IMG/VR virus record: IMGVR_UViG_3300027971_000001
Direction: 5' to 3' (one strand)
Source of the DNA: a virus
Taxonomy: Duplodnaviria; Caudoviricetes
DNA: 64,000 nucleotides
Shown here: one piece after another, positions 47,073 to 55,940 of the stretch
How the letters are laid out: each line of letters starts with the position of its first letter
How positions within the stretch are numbered: position 1 is the stretch's first letter
Notes under the pieces: generated by a model
Told to the model about the DNA's origin: nothing
What the model saw: the letters and a program-made list of their open reading frames with translations, nothing else
Databases searched by the model: none
Program-made: the position numbers and the translations under genes

Positions 47073-48389
47073 ATGAGTAATGCAACAAATCTGGCACTTT
47101 TGGGACTGAGCAGCTTCGGCAATGCCGGAAATGTTTTGACCAGCACCGGTGAAACCACTGCCCCAGCATTCAGTGCAAGCAGTGTGGGTGTACGAGAAAT
47201 CCGTGTTGTAAATCAGGTTCTTAGTCGATTGGGCGTTAATAGAAGCACAGGAAATGTTAGTGTCAGCGCTCTTCCTGATATCAGTGAAATTGCTGTTCCA
47301 AGCTGGCTGAACGGTGGTCACATCAGTGATTGGAGCACGTTGCAATATTATCTGAGTGCAGTTGCTGCTACGAATACAAGTCCGGCCAGCGCTGGTTTTG
47401 TTGAATATCTATCCGTTGTTCAAGAGTATAACAAAGGAATGGTTCTAGCACCTAACGGAAAAATGTACACAGCCCCTCATGGTGCAGGAGTAGGAACGAC
47501 ATATGGTTTGATAATTGATCCTTCCAGCAATACAATTTCTTCATATATAGCCACAATAGTAGCGTTGGGTAGTCTAACTACTGATGCATTTTATGGTTCA
47601 GTTTTAGCACCAAATGGAAAAATTTATTTTGTTCCAGACAGGGCAACTGTCGGTGCATTAGTCGATCCTTCAACTAATACAGTTTCAACTTTTGGAACTT
47701 TGCCAGCATTTGGTGCCGGAACAAATGCTTTTGGTTATGCAATTTCTGCTCCAAATGGAAAAATATATCTTATTCCTGAAAATTCAACTATAGGAAGAAC
47801 AATTGATCCAAACACAAATACATTTGGAACTTATCCAAGCAGCAATTGGTCAGGAGGTTTAAGTTATCATAGTACAGCAGCTCTTGCTCCTAATGGAAGA
47901 ATATATGTGTTTCCTAACATAAGTACACTTGTTGCTAAAATTGATCCAAGTAATGATTCAACCACAGTAATTTTATCAAATGTTAAAAACATTGCAGGAT
48001 CTGTTCTTGCTCCAAATGGAAATATATATTTGTTTCCAAATACTTCTTCTCAAAAAATTATAAAATTCGATCCTAATTCAGAAACAGTTTCAACTATTGC
48101 AGCAACAAATCCTAGTGGAGGTCCTGCATGTTTGCTTCCAAATGGAAAAATATTTTATGGAGGATACTCCAATACGTTAGCGGCAATTTTCGATCCATCC
48201 AATGAAACCATACAAACAATTTGTACAATAGGAGGTGTTCCTCCAACTTATGCTGGTTGGAATGTAGCACCAAATGGAAAAGTGTATGGATTGCCCTTTA
48301 GTACCAGTAATATTATATGTATTAATTTTTTAAACAAAAATAATTGGAATCTGAATGTTGCAACAAATCCAATGTTCAACAAAAACTGA
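47073..48389 (+). CDS. Seven-repeat beta-propeller protein, paralogue 3
   Basis: Seven PNG[KRN] repeats; same termini; TAAATA 5 nt upstream. Confidence 0.7.
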   Translation: MSNATNLALLGLSSFGNAGNVLTSTGETTAPAFSASSVGVREIRVVNQVLSRLGVNRSTGNVSVSALPDISEIAVPSWLNGGHISDWSTLQYYLSAVAATNTSPASAGFVEYLSVVQEYNKGMVLAPNGKMYTAPHGAGVGTTYGLIIDPSSNTISSYIATIVALGSLTTDAFYGSVLAPNGKIYFVPDRATVGALVDPSTNTVSTFGTLPAFGAGTNAFGYAISAPNGKIYLIPENSTIGRTIDPNTNTFGTYPSSNWSGGLSYHSTAALAPNGRIYVFPNISTLVAKIDPSNDSTTVILSNVKNIAGSVLAPNGNIYLFPNTSSQKIIKFDPNSETVSTIAATNPSGGPACLLPNGKIFYGGYSNTLAAIFDPSNETIQTICTIGGVPPTYAGWNVAPNGKVYGLPFSTSNIICINFLNKNNWNLNVATNPMFNKN

Positions 48390-48518
48390 TTATTTTTTCT
48401 TTTTCCTGTCCCAACGAATCTGATCGTAATTTTCCCAAAACTTTTTGCTAATATTTCTTGGTTTATCCCCTTTGCCGTTTTGAACCGTGTTTAGTTTAGC
48501 GCTTTTTTCCTTACTCAT
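48390..48518 (-). CDS. 42-aa basic micro-protein (GKGDKPR..FWENYDQIRW), not in ORF track
   Basis: Manual translation MSKEKSAKLNTVQNGKGDKPRNISKKFWENYDQIRWDRKKKK; exactly fills the gap and overlaps the upstream stop. Confidence 0.7.
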   Translation of the reverse strand: MSKEKSAKLNTVQNGKGDKPRNISKKFWENYDQIRWDRKKKK

Positions 48519-48729
48519 AATCATCTAAATTTAAAAGATCCTCTTCCTCTGTCAACATAGCATCTGCTTTTTTGCTAATTGCCACAATACTGTCATCAAA
48601 TCGATAATTTCCACAAAAAACGCAAAAAGGACTTTCTTTAGCATTTACATTATCACAAGCTTCACATAATTTATAATAAAAAGGATGCTTCTTCACATCC
48701 TGAATCCACCGCTTTTGTTTGTTATTCAC
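48511..48729 (-). CDS. Zinc-ribbon protein
   Basis: CEAC..CVFC. Confidence 0.65.
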   Translation of the reverse strand: MNNKQKRWIQDVKKHPFYYKLCEACDNVNAKESPFCVFCGNYRFDDSIVAISKKADAMLTEEEDLLNLDDYE

Positions 48730-48736
48730 GTTCTGT

Positions 48737-48746
48737 TAAATATTTA
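48737..48746. promoter_or_regulatory. Palindromic bidirectional late promoter TAAATATTTA
   Basis: Between the divergent starts at 48729 (-) and 48748 (+). Confidence 0.65.
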
Positions 48747-48747
48747 T

Positions 48748-48945
48748 ATGGGGAAAGATGATAAAATAGAGGCTGTTGTTACGCAAAAAATCACTGCTGA
48801 TTTTATTCTGAAAATATATGATAATTACAAAAAAGAAAAAAATGTCAAAAAGAAAAAAGAAATGTATGAAAAATTGCAATTATTATCAAAAAACCTTAAT
48901 CAATACTTAGTAGTGCCTAAAGATTATGATAAATATTACAACTAA
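48748..48945 (+). CDS. Small late protein (start MGKDD)
   Basis: TAAATA 5 nt upstream of ATG 48748. Confidence 0.6.
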   Translation: MGKDDKIEAVVTQKITADFILKIYDNYKKEKNVKKKKEMYEKLQLLSKNLNQYLVVPKDYDKYYN

Positions 48946-49196
48946 TGAATAAAAGACCCAGCAACGATAATGATATTAAAGGAATTTATGAAAGTGATGT
49001 ACGCAATACCGGCATCATGAGTGCGCCGGATGCAAGCAAAATAAATCCAGGAATTAACCGGGATAGTGGAGCTAGCCAGAACATTTACACACCAAATGAC
49101 TATCGGATCGGGGAAAATGAAGAAGGTGAGAAAGAAAGCAAGGTATTGGAAGCGTTGAAAAAAATTAAAGAGATTTTAAATAATCTTGATCTATGA
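48945..49196 (+). CDS. Small late protein
   Basis: TAAATA 9 nt upstream; leader ending IKGIYE. Confidence 0.6.
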   Translation: MNKRPSNDNDIKGIYESDVRNTGIMSAPDASKINPGINRDSGASQNIYTPNDYRIGENEEGEKESKVLEALKKIKEILNNLDL

Positions 49197-49726
49197 ATGA
49201 AATAAAAATCTCGGAAAATAAAAGTCCGGAATTTGAAACAGCCATGAAGTTTGTGCGGGAAGCAGAAGGTGGTTATTATAACCATCCAAATGATCCTGGC
49301 GGTGAAACAATGTATGGTCTTACCAAACGGGATTATCCTCTTTTTGATATTAAAAATCTGACAAGGGAACAAGCAGATGAAGTATTTTGGCAAGATTATT
49401 GGCTGAAAAGCAATGCTTATCTGATACCTTATCCTGCATATATTAGCTTTTTTGATAGCGTTGTGAACACAGGCAGAACGCAGGCCAATAAATTCCTGCA
49501 ACGTGTGGTGGGTGCTACTGCAGACGGTATTGTTGGACCATATACCCGCAGTCTAATGAGCAAAAAAGATCCTGTTGATGTTGCATATGGCATAATTGAT
49601 CAACGGCAAACATTTTATAATAATTTGGCAGAAAATCGTCCAAAATTATCAGTATTCCTCAAAGGTTGGACCAATCGCAACAAGAATCTGCGCAATTATA
49701 TTCAAAATCTTTTGAAAAACGCTTGA
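49193..49726 (+). CDS. Glycoside hydrolase family 108 endolysin with peptidoglycan-binding C-terminus
   Basis: EGGYYNHPNDPGGETMYG, FDSVVNTG, LQRVVGATADGIVGP, FLKGWTNR. Confidence 0.92.
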   Translation: MNEIKISENKSPEFETAMKFVREAEGGYYNHPNDPGGETMYGLTKRDYPLFDIKNLTREQADEVFWQDYWLKSNAYLIPYPAYISFFDSVVNTGRTQANKFLQRVVGATADGIVGPYTRSLMSKKDPVDVAYGIIDQRQTFYNNLAENRPKLSVFLKGWTNRNKNLRNYIQNLLKNA

Positions 49727-49771
49727 GTTTTTTTATCAAAAGATAAATATTATTAACAAAACAAATACTAT

Positions 49772-49819
49772 TTTGTAAAGATTACCTTTACAAACTTTTT
49801 GACCTGTTATAATCAGGTC
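49772..49819 (+). promoter_or_regulatory. Two tandem inverted repeats, the second enclosing an extended -10 (TGnTATAAT)
   Basis: TTTGTAAAG-5-CTTTACAAA at 49772-49794; GACCTG-TTATAAT-CAGGTC at 49801-49819. Confidence 0.6.
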
Positions 49820-49827
49820 TCCTTATT

Positions 49828-50418
49828 ATGAAAAAAACCATCTTAGCCACAGCTTTAGCCCTGACCCTAGTAAACGGGTTTTCAGATATTTCAGTTCCGC
49901 CTAAAAAAGGTTTGCAACCAAATCTAACAAGCACTGAATTCAAAACATTCATGGGTGATGTCAGTAAACTTACCCGAAGCTATAGTAGTGGGGTTTGCGC
50001 CAAGTTCACAACTGCTCTTTTGGACAATCTTCATGAACGCAATGAAAAAGCTTTTCCTCAATTGGATCTTAGGGAAGGTGGGATTGTTAAAGGAAGAGCA
50101 GGTCGGCAAACATATCCAATCACCACATCCAGCAACGAGATAATTTACGCCAAAAACTATAAAACAGTGTTTCAAAGTCGTAAAGATTTTGAAAAAATCA
50201 CTCAAAATGATGTGTTAAACTTGCCTGAAAACACACTTGTTATTGCTGTATACCAACCAAAAAGTTCAGGCAGACCAGGTCACATAGAAGTTATTTTTAA
50301 AAGAAATAACAGGCTATATGCAGCATCAGATAAGCTTGACAAACCCATGTTTTTTTGCAATAAACTCTACAAACAAGTGGACTTCTATTATCCAATAAGA
50401 GAGGATAGGCAATCATGA
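49828..50418 (+). CDS. Signal-peptide-bearing CHAP/NlpC-like Cys-His peptidase candidate
   Basis: Signal-like MKKTILATALALTLVNG; GVCAKF and PGHIEV. Confidence 0.55.
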   Translation: MKKTILATALALTLVNGFSDISVPPKKGLQPNLTSTEFKTFMGDVSKLTRSYSSGVCAKFTTALLDNLHERNEKAFPQLDLREGGIVKGRAGRQTYPITTSSNEIIYAKNYKTVFQSRKDFEKITQNDVLNLPENTLVIAVYQPKSSGRPGHIEVIFKRNNRLYAASDKLDKPMFFCNKLYKQVDFYYPIREDRQS

Positions 50419-50900
50419 AAAAAATAGCATGTTTGATGATTATTGCCGGAATATTATATAATATTATTCAGCAAACCAAAGAAAAAGCCATAATCAATCC
50501 AGTTGATAATGTGATTTGTTCTGGAATGACTAAAATGGCTGATGATTTTGTAAAGAAATTGGTTGTTGAAAAGACTGTAAAGGTTCGATTAACAACATAT
50601 TGGGCAAAAGGTGGAGAAACTGATAAGGATAGCGCAAAAAAGCATAGCTATACAGGAGCCACATTAAAAGAAGGGGTGAGTGTTGCAGTCGATCCTCGTC
50701 TAATCCCCTTCTTTAAGCGTTTATACATACCAAATTTAGGGCTTAGAGTGGCTCATGATACAGGAACAGCAGTTAAGGATAAAAAGGCAAGTAAGGGTAA
50801 ATTGCCTGTTATAGACGTATTTTTTGAAAAAAAGAAGGATGCCATGGAATTTGCATACAATGGACCTAAAATAGTCACAGTTAGCATTTATAAATACTAA
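50415..50900 (+). CDS. Membrane-anchored 3D-domain (MltA-like) protein
   Basis: TTYWA, VAVDPRLIP, VAHDTG, IDVFF: three conserved Asp. Confidence 0.85.
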   Translation: MKKIACLMIIAGILYNIIQQTKEKAIINPVDNVICSGMTKMADDFVKKLVVEKTVKVRLTTYWAKGGETDKDSAKKHSYTGATLKEGVSVAVDPRLIPFFKRLYIPNLGLRVAHDTGTAVKDKKASKGKLPVIDVFFEKKKDAMEFAYNGPKIVTVSIYKY

Positions 50901-50901
50901 T

Positions 50902-51423
50902 GTGCGTTTTAACGAACTTATAAATGAAATAATAGGGGATTTACCCCCACCTCCTCCTGCAATAATTCAAAAAGCAGAAGCTGCCATCAAATATAGCGAT
51001 ATAGTAGCGGCTGCTCTTATCGGTGAAGCAGGTGGTGAAGGTGAAAAAGGAATGCAAGCTGTCATGAATGTAATCATGAACAGGGTAAAAGATGGTGATC
51101 CTTTCCGGGGTGCTGTGAATATTGTTTTAAAACCCAAACAGTTTAGTTTTTTTAACAAATACAATGATGGAACAGAAAAAATGGGAGATATTATAAGCAA
51201 AGCCACTAAACATCCTAATTGGGCCAAAGCAAAAGAGCTGGCCCTTGTTGGAATGCGGGGAAAACTACAAGATATTACAGACGGAGCTACACACTATCAC
51301 GTGACAAGCGGACCCAGCAAAGTGTCTCCTAAATGGAGCAATCCTAAATTTGGAGGAAAAAATCCCGAAGCTTCAGCGACCAACACGATTGGCCATCACA
51401 CGTTTTTTACGAACATTAAGTGA
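50902..51423 (+). CDS. SleB/Hydrolase_2 cell-wall hydrolase with leader peptide
   Basis: IGEAGGEG..GMQAVMNVIMNRV, KQFS, DITDGATHYH, IGHHTFF. Confidence 0.9.
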   Translation: MRFNELINEIIGDLPPPPPAIIQKAEAAIKYSDIVAAALIGEAGGEGEKGMQAVMNVIMNRVKDGDPFRGAVNIVLKPKQFSFFNKYNDGTEKMGDIISKATKHPNWAKAKELALVGMRGKLQDITDGATHYHVTSGPSKVSPKWSNPKFGGKNPEASATNTIGHHTFFTNIK

Positions 51424-51630
51424 TTTCTTTTTCTTTTTCTTAACAGGCAATTGAAAAACTATTTGAGCACTGCTTGTATTAAAACTATCGCCTTTGAATC
51501 CAGAAGGATGTGTGGCTGTTTTACCCCAATCAATATTTTTTCCATTATATGTTCCAGGAACTCTTGATTGAGGCGCAATGCTAAAATCTTCTGATAGCTT
51601 TTTAACAATACTATCAAAATTCTTTGTCAT
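51373..51630 (-). CDS. Small protein with leader and basic tail, putative internal head protein
   Basis: MTKNFDSIVKKLSE leader; KKKKKK tail; overlap with the upstream stop. Confidence 0.6.
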   Translation of the reverse strand: MTKNFDSIVKKLSEDFSIAPQSRVPGTYNGKNIDWGKTATHPSGFKGDSFNTSSAQIVFQLPVKKKKKKSLNVRKKRVMANRVGR

Positions 51631-52781
51631 GATGTGGCTTTGATCAGTTTGCGAACAACGGCGCTGGGCTGAATGGTATTGTGAGGTGTTGATGTTCCTG
51701 AACCAACAGTGCCTGTTGCATCAACAGCACCTTGAGAATATGTATAAGAATAATCTCCATTTGCATTTTGAATGGTCAGACCTCCTACAAATCCTGTTCC
51801 GTTTGGATTAAGAGAACCTGGTTCACGAAATTGAGCAGTAACATCAAATTCACATTTACCTTCTTGTTTGGTAAGAGTATGATTTTCTTCACCTCCTACG
51901 CTACCAACAGCATTGTTAATAGTTGCAGAACCTGTTCCACCCGCACCAATGGTTGTTCTGCGACGCAAATCAGGAAGATTAAAGGTTGTGCTGCCGTCTC
52001 CAGATCCCCAAGTCGTACCCAGAACATTGAACAAATCGACATATGTTGTTCGGGAAACTGCTGTACCATCACATTCCAGATAAGTGGCAGGAGGTGATCC
52101 TGCTCCTGCCCAATCTATAAGAGTTCCTATCGGATTGGTGGTAACAAGACCTGCCAAAAGAACTGCCAAATCTGTTGTGGTAAGATCCTGAACTTGACCG
52201 CTAGTATTCAATCGTCCTTTAATTGTGTTTGCTGGTGCGGCGACTAACATTGAATTGCTAACGCTATTACTATTAACAATCATTGCTTGATTACCATCAT
52301 AAGTCAGACTGTTACCCAATTTTGTTTTCAAAACTGTGTTGCTTCCTATACGCTCAAGACCAGCACCTATAGAAAGATTCGACAATTTTGTTGCAAGCAA
52401 TCCATTATCAGCCACCCTGACAACGTTTGCCACATTAATAAGAGTATTGTTATCTATAGTGAATTGGCTTCCAAAAGGAGCAAAGGCACTGACTTTGGCA
52501 AAATTTGTGCCTGTGAGCATATATGTCAGATTGGATACTGTATCAAAAACAAAATCACCACTGGCAGGAGCAAGATTGCTGCTGATGTTTGTGTTGTTTC
52601 CACCAAATGTTGCAAATCCAAGATTTTTGGTTCCTACTGGAACTCCACCATCAGATCCTGTTCCTATATAAAGACGACTGCTATCTGTACAATAGCCCGG
52701 TTCTCCTGGTTCTAATGTGATATTTTTTCGTTCAGTTTCCGTTCCTTGACGGAATATGATCTTTTTGATTTCAGCAGCCAT
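51627..52781 (-). CDS. Short tail fibre with Mtd_N-like N-terminus and tail collar domain
   Basis: IIFRQGT..LEPGEPGYCTD..LYIG; PIGTLIDWAG..CDG.AVSRTTY..LF..TFNLPDLR. Confidence 0.85.
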   Translation of the reverse strand: MAAEIKKIIFRQGTETERKNITLEPGEPGYCTDSSRLYIGTGSDGGVPVGTKNLGFATFGGNNTNISSNLAPASGDFVFDTVSNLTYMLTGTNFAKVSAFAPFGSQFTIDNNTLINVANVVRVADNGLLATKLSNLSIGAGLERIGSNTVLKTKLGNSLTYDGNQAMIVNSNSVSNSMLVAAPANTIKGRLNTSGQVQDLTTTDLAVLLAGLVTTNPIGTLIDWAGAGSPPATYLECDGTAVSRTTYVDLFNVLGTTWGSGDGSTTFNLPDLRRRTTIGAGGTGSATINNAVGSVGGEENHTLTKQEGKCEFDVTAQFREPGSLNPNGTGFVGGLTIQNANGDYSYTYSQGAVDATGTVGSGTSTPHNTIQPSAVVRKLIKATS

Positions 52782-52848
52782 TAGTAATATTTATTTAATA
52801 TATCAGTTTCTACAATTATTTTAAAAATATTTTGAATAAATAACTTAT

Positions 52849-53082
52849 ATGGCAACAAAAGCTTACTCTGTGGTTGTGGATGGTATGAACAGTCTTCGGG
52901 TATTTGATGCAAATACAGGCACCACTGTAAGGTCTTTAAAACTACAGGAATCTATCCATTCCAGCCCTGTGGTCGTTAATGACCGGGTAACAGTCATTGT
53001 GCAAAATTCAAGCGGAAAACGCAAAGGAATTATTTTTAAACTTCCCGGTCTTTCTCAAGTTTTTTCTTTCCCAGTGGCTTGA
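52849..53082 (+). CDS. Small late beta-rich protein
   Basis: TAAATA 6 nt upstream. Confidence 0.6.
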   Translation: MATKAYSVVVDGMNSLRVFDANTGTTVRSLKLQESIHSSPVVVNDRVTVIVQNSSGKRKGIIFKLPGLSQVFSFPVA

Positions 53083-53088
53083 AATTCT

Positions 53089-53616
53089 TTGTGTGTACCT
53101 TACGATACACACATGATGAATCTAACATTTAGCGATACAGAAAAGCCAGCCGATCTGGAAAAGTTCCAAAAAATTACATATCCGACTTTCTTTTTCGGTT
53201 TTGCCATAAGAACCATGTATGATCAGAAAAGATTAAAAATTAAAAAAGAATATAACCCCAATTATATTGTTCACAAATATGGCAACAAAGCAGATGAAAT
53301 CATGTTTCTTTATGGAATGATTGCTCCTGTATCGAATGATGTGATGCCTTATATACTGCCATTACGGGCCAATCCTAACGTGAATCATGAGCAATATGAA
53401 GCAGTACTAAGACCTTTGGAAGTAGAATGCAGTGATTGTTATCTATTCTTAGCCAAGAATCTTTATCCTATCAATTCATTTTATACCCATAGATTCTTTA
53501 CAAAATCAAATTTTAAAAATATAAACAACTATTCAGAATTGCTTGATAGGGATCCAGAACTTCCGTTGCATCACACCATATCCCCGTTCCACCTGTTTTT
53601 ATTGACTAACTATTAA
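53089..53616 (+). CDS. Hypothetical protein
   Basis: Long ORF filling the gap. Confidence 0.6.
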   Translation: MCVPYDTHMMNLTFSDTEKPADLEKFQKITYPTFFFGFAIRTMYDQKRLKIKKEYNPNYIVHKYGNKADEIMFLYGMIAPVSNDVMPYILPLRANPNVNHEQYEAVLRPLEVECSDCYLFLAKNLYPINSFYTHRFFTKSNFKNINNYSELLDRDPELPLHHTISPFHLFLLTNY

Positions 53617-55937
53617 CCACCAACAATCGGATCATTTGGTGGATTGCTGTCCTTGATGTTATAGGCATTGTTCTGCGGTGCAGCCACAACCCTGTCCGTA
53701 TTATTGCAAGCTTGAGCCACGTTACGAACATTCTTATTTTCTGGAAGCAGATTAAGAGGTATATTTTTAAATAAATGACTGTGACTATATGTAAACAAGC
53801 AATTTTCATCTGAAATATTGTTACAAGGAGTTTTACTCCAAACAATACCCCAACCATTACAAATACTTGCTCCAGGTTGCACATAACCAATAATTTTAGC
53901 ATCAATCGTATTAGTTTGACCATACACAAAACTCTTTTCAGTTTCCTGAATTTCTACAGGAGCAGTGATATGGTTGACTGTGAGTTCTCCTTCAATATGG
54001 GCACCTCCTCCTACTACTAAATTGCGACTAACACCCAAACTAGAATCTACCATTACCTGTTCATAATTACGTTGACGCAAAACCAGAATGTCACTGGTTA
54101 TAACTGTGCGGTTACCTCCATCAATATTCAATTCATATTGAGCACCTATATTCACTTGTTGTCCGGCCATGGTGGTTATGGTTCCACTCATTTCTATAGG
54201 TCCTAGGGTTTTTACGCTAATCCCTCCTGCACCCACTTGTAATGTATAACGATTACATGCATTAACTGTATAATTTCCACCAGGAAGATCATCAACATGT
54301 ACAGGTTCAATCAAAGGACTGGATTTTTGATTTTCAAATACGCCCAATTCACCCACTTGAACTTTATAATTATATATTTTTCCTTCTGTGTCGATACGAA
54401 TTGAACCAAAATCATTCATGACTTGACCAATCATATCAAATTTGTGTTTGGGTATTTCTGTAACCAAACTACCCCCAGTACCCAAACTTTCTTCAATTTT
54501 ACCCAATTCGACTATTTTTTCTTTATAAAGCTGTTCGAGTTTCTTTTTTTCTGGATTTTCCTCCCATTTACCATCCATGCTGCTTGGACTTAATTTTTGT
54601 CCTTTACAAACAGGACATTGATTAGGAGCAGGGAATGCAATAAGTTGACCATCTTGTTGTTTTCCTTTTGGATCAACTGTTTGATATTGATCTACACCAT
54701 TACTTCTGAATGTTACAACGGGAATAACTACTTGATTAAATTTGTTATTAACTGCGTAATATTTTCTATCTTTTGAACAAACAGGACAAGGTCCAGGGTT
54801 TCCTTTTTGTTTTTGATTGGTAGAACTTATCCTATTTGGATCACCGTCTTTTTTCTTGGTACGATCAATTTCAAACAATTGTTTAAGATCTGCTATAGGA
54901 TCCATCTGAGTCTTCCATTGTTGCTGATGTTGAGGATCCTGATTTCCTATTTTAAAATAATAATTACCTTTGACCACGATATCTAAATCACCCCCGACGT
55001 AAAGACTATTATTACCTTTTACAGTTGTGAATTTGTCGGCCAGAACCAATTGTTGATCATTTTTTACAGATAATCTACTTGTTGTTGCATTATTAAATTC
55101 CAAAAATGATCCTGAATAGTGTGTAAATTTTAAAACCTCTTTCAAATCTGTGTTTACAAATTCAATTGTTCCGCCTTTTTGAGACATGACCATTTTGTTT
55201 CTGTAAGTTTCAGCATCACTTTGCTGGACTTTCAATTCTGAATTATTTTTGTCCAGATTTTCATAAGCACCCGGATAATCTTCTGCCACTCCATAATCAT
55301 CCTGATATATTCCTTGCCAAGCTGCTTGACCAAAACTTACAGCCCAATAAACAGGACGCATGGGATTTCCATCATAAAAGAATACCCAAACATGTGCTCC
55401 CACATTAGGAACACTGAATAAACCTTTAGCCCTGTTACTGTAACAGCTGGGAACATATCCGTAAGAATTTGGATTTACGTGGGCAACATTATTGGCTGGT
55501 GCAGAATTGAATGCATCGCTTAATTTTACCGCTTTTCTTTCCAATACATTTCCTGGTTTTTCACCAATACCATCTGTATTTTGACTGAATTCTGTTGTTT
55601 GAAAATCCTTTTGAGGTTTGCAAGTATCAATAAAGCTACTGTCGCTTATCGAACCAAATTTTTCTGTTGCATTATATCTTCCGCTTGCTGCTCCTCCAAA
55701 CAAAGGCATGGCACAGTCCGACCAAGGAAGAATCTTTTTAAGATCGTCCAAAATATCATTTAAACTGCTGTTAAGATTTTGACCTATGAAATTAAATTCT
55801 TTATCTACTTTTACTTCATTCCATTTATTGTAAACAGTGGAAGTAACGTGAGGAACAAATATCTTGAGTCTTCCTCTTTGTTCTGGGTCATTGTTTTGTA
55901 CAACTATACCTAAATATTGACCATCATATCTTTTCAT
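53613..55937 (-). CDS. gp5: Baseplate hub/central spike, gp5/VgrG-like
   Basis: YLGIVVQNNDPEQRGRLKIFVP OB-fold, FSVPNVGAHVWVFFYDG...P; C-terminal beta-helix-like repeats. Confidence 0.8.
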   Translation of the reverse strand: MKRYDGQYLGIVVQNNDPEQRGRLKIFVPHVTSTVYNKWNEVKVDKEFNFIGQNLNSSLNDILDDLKKILPWSDCAMPLFGGAASGRYNATEKFGSISDSSFIDTCKPQKDFQTTEFSQNTDGIGEKPGNVLERKAVKLSDAFNSAPANNVAHVNPNSYGYVPSCYSNRAKGLFSVPNVGAHVWVFFYDGNPMRPVYWAVSFGQAAWQGIYQDDYGVAEDYPGAYENLDKNNSELKVQQSDAETYRNKMVMSQKGGTIEFVNTDLKEVLKFTHYSGSFLEFNNATTSRLSVKNDQQLVLADKFTTVKGNNSLYVGGDLDIVVKGNYYFKIGNQDPQHQQQWKTQMDPIADLKQLFEIDRTKKKDGDPNRISSTNQKQKGNPGPCPVCSKDRKYYAVNNKFNQVVIPVVTFRSNGVDQYQTVDPKGKQQDGQLIAFPAPNQCPVCKGQKLSPSSMDGKWEENPEKKKLEQLYKEKIVELGKIEESLGTGGSLVTEIPKHKFDMIGQVMNDFGSIRIDTEGKIYNYKVQVGELGVFENQKSSPLIEPVHVDDLPGGNYTVNACNRYTLQVGAGGISVKTLGPIEMSGTITTMAGQQVNIGAQYELNIDGGNRTVITSDILVLRQRNYEQVMVDSSLGVSRNLVVGGGAHIEGELTVNHITAPVEIQETEKSFVYGQTNTIDAKIIGYVQPGASICNGWGIVWSKTPCNNISDENCLFTYSHSHLFKNIPLNLLPENKNVRNVAQACNNTDRVVAAPQNNAYNIKDSNPPNDPIVGG

Positions 55938-55940
55938 ATA

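Noticed and set aside
43911-48389. Diversity-generating retroelement acting on the propeller paralogues
   Set aside because: Repeats differ at all base types, shared stretches are short coding motifs, and no RT is present.
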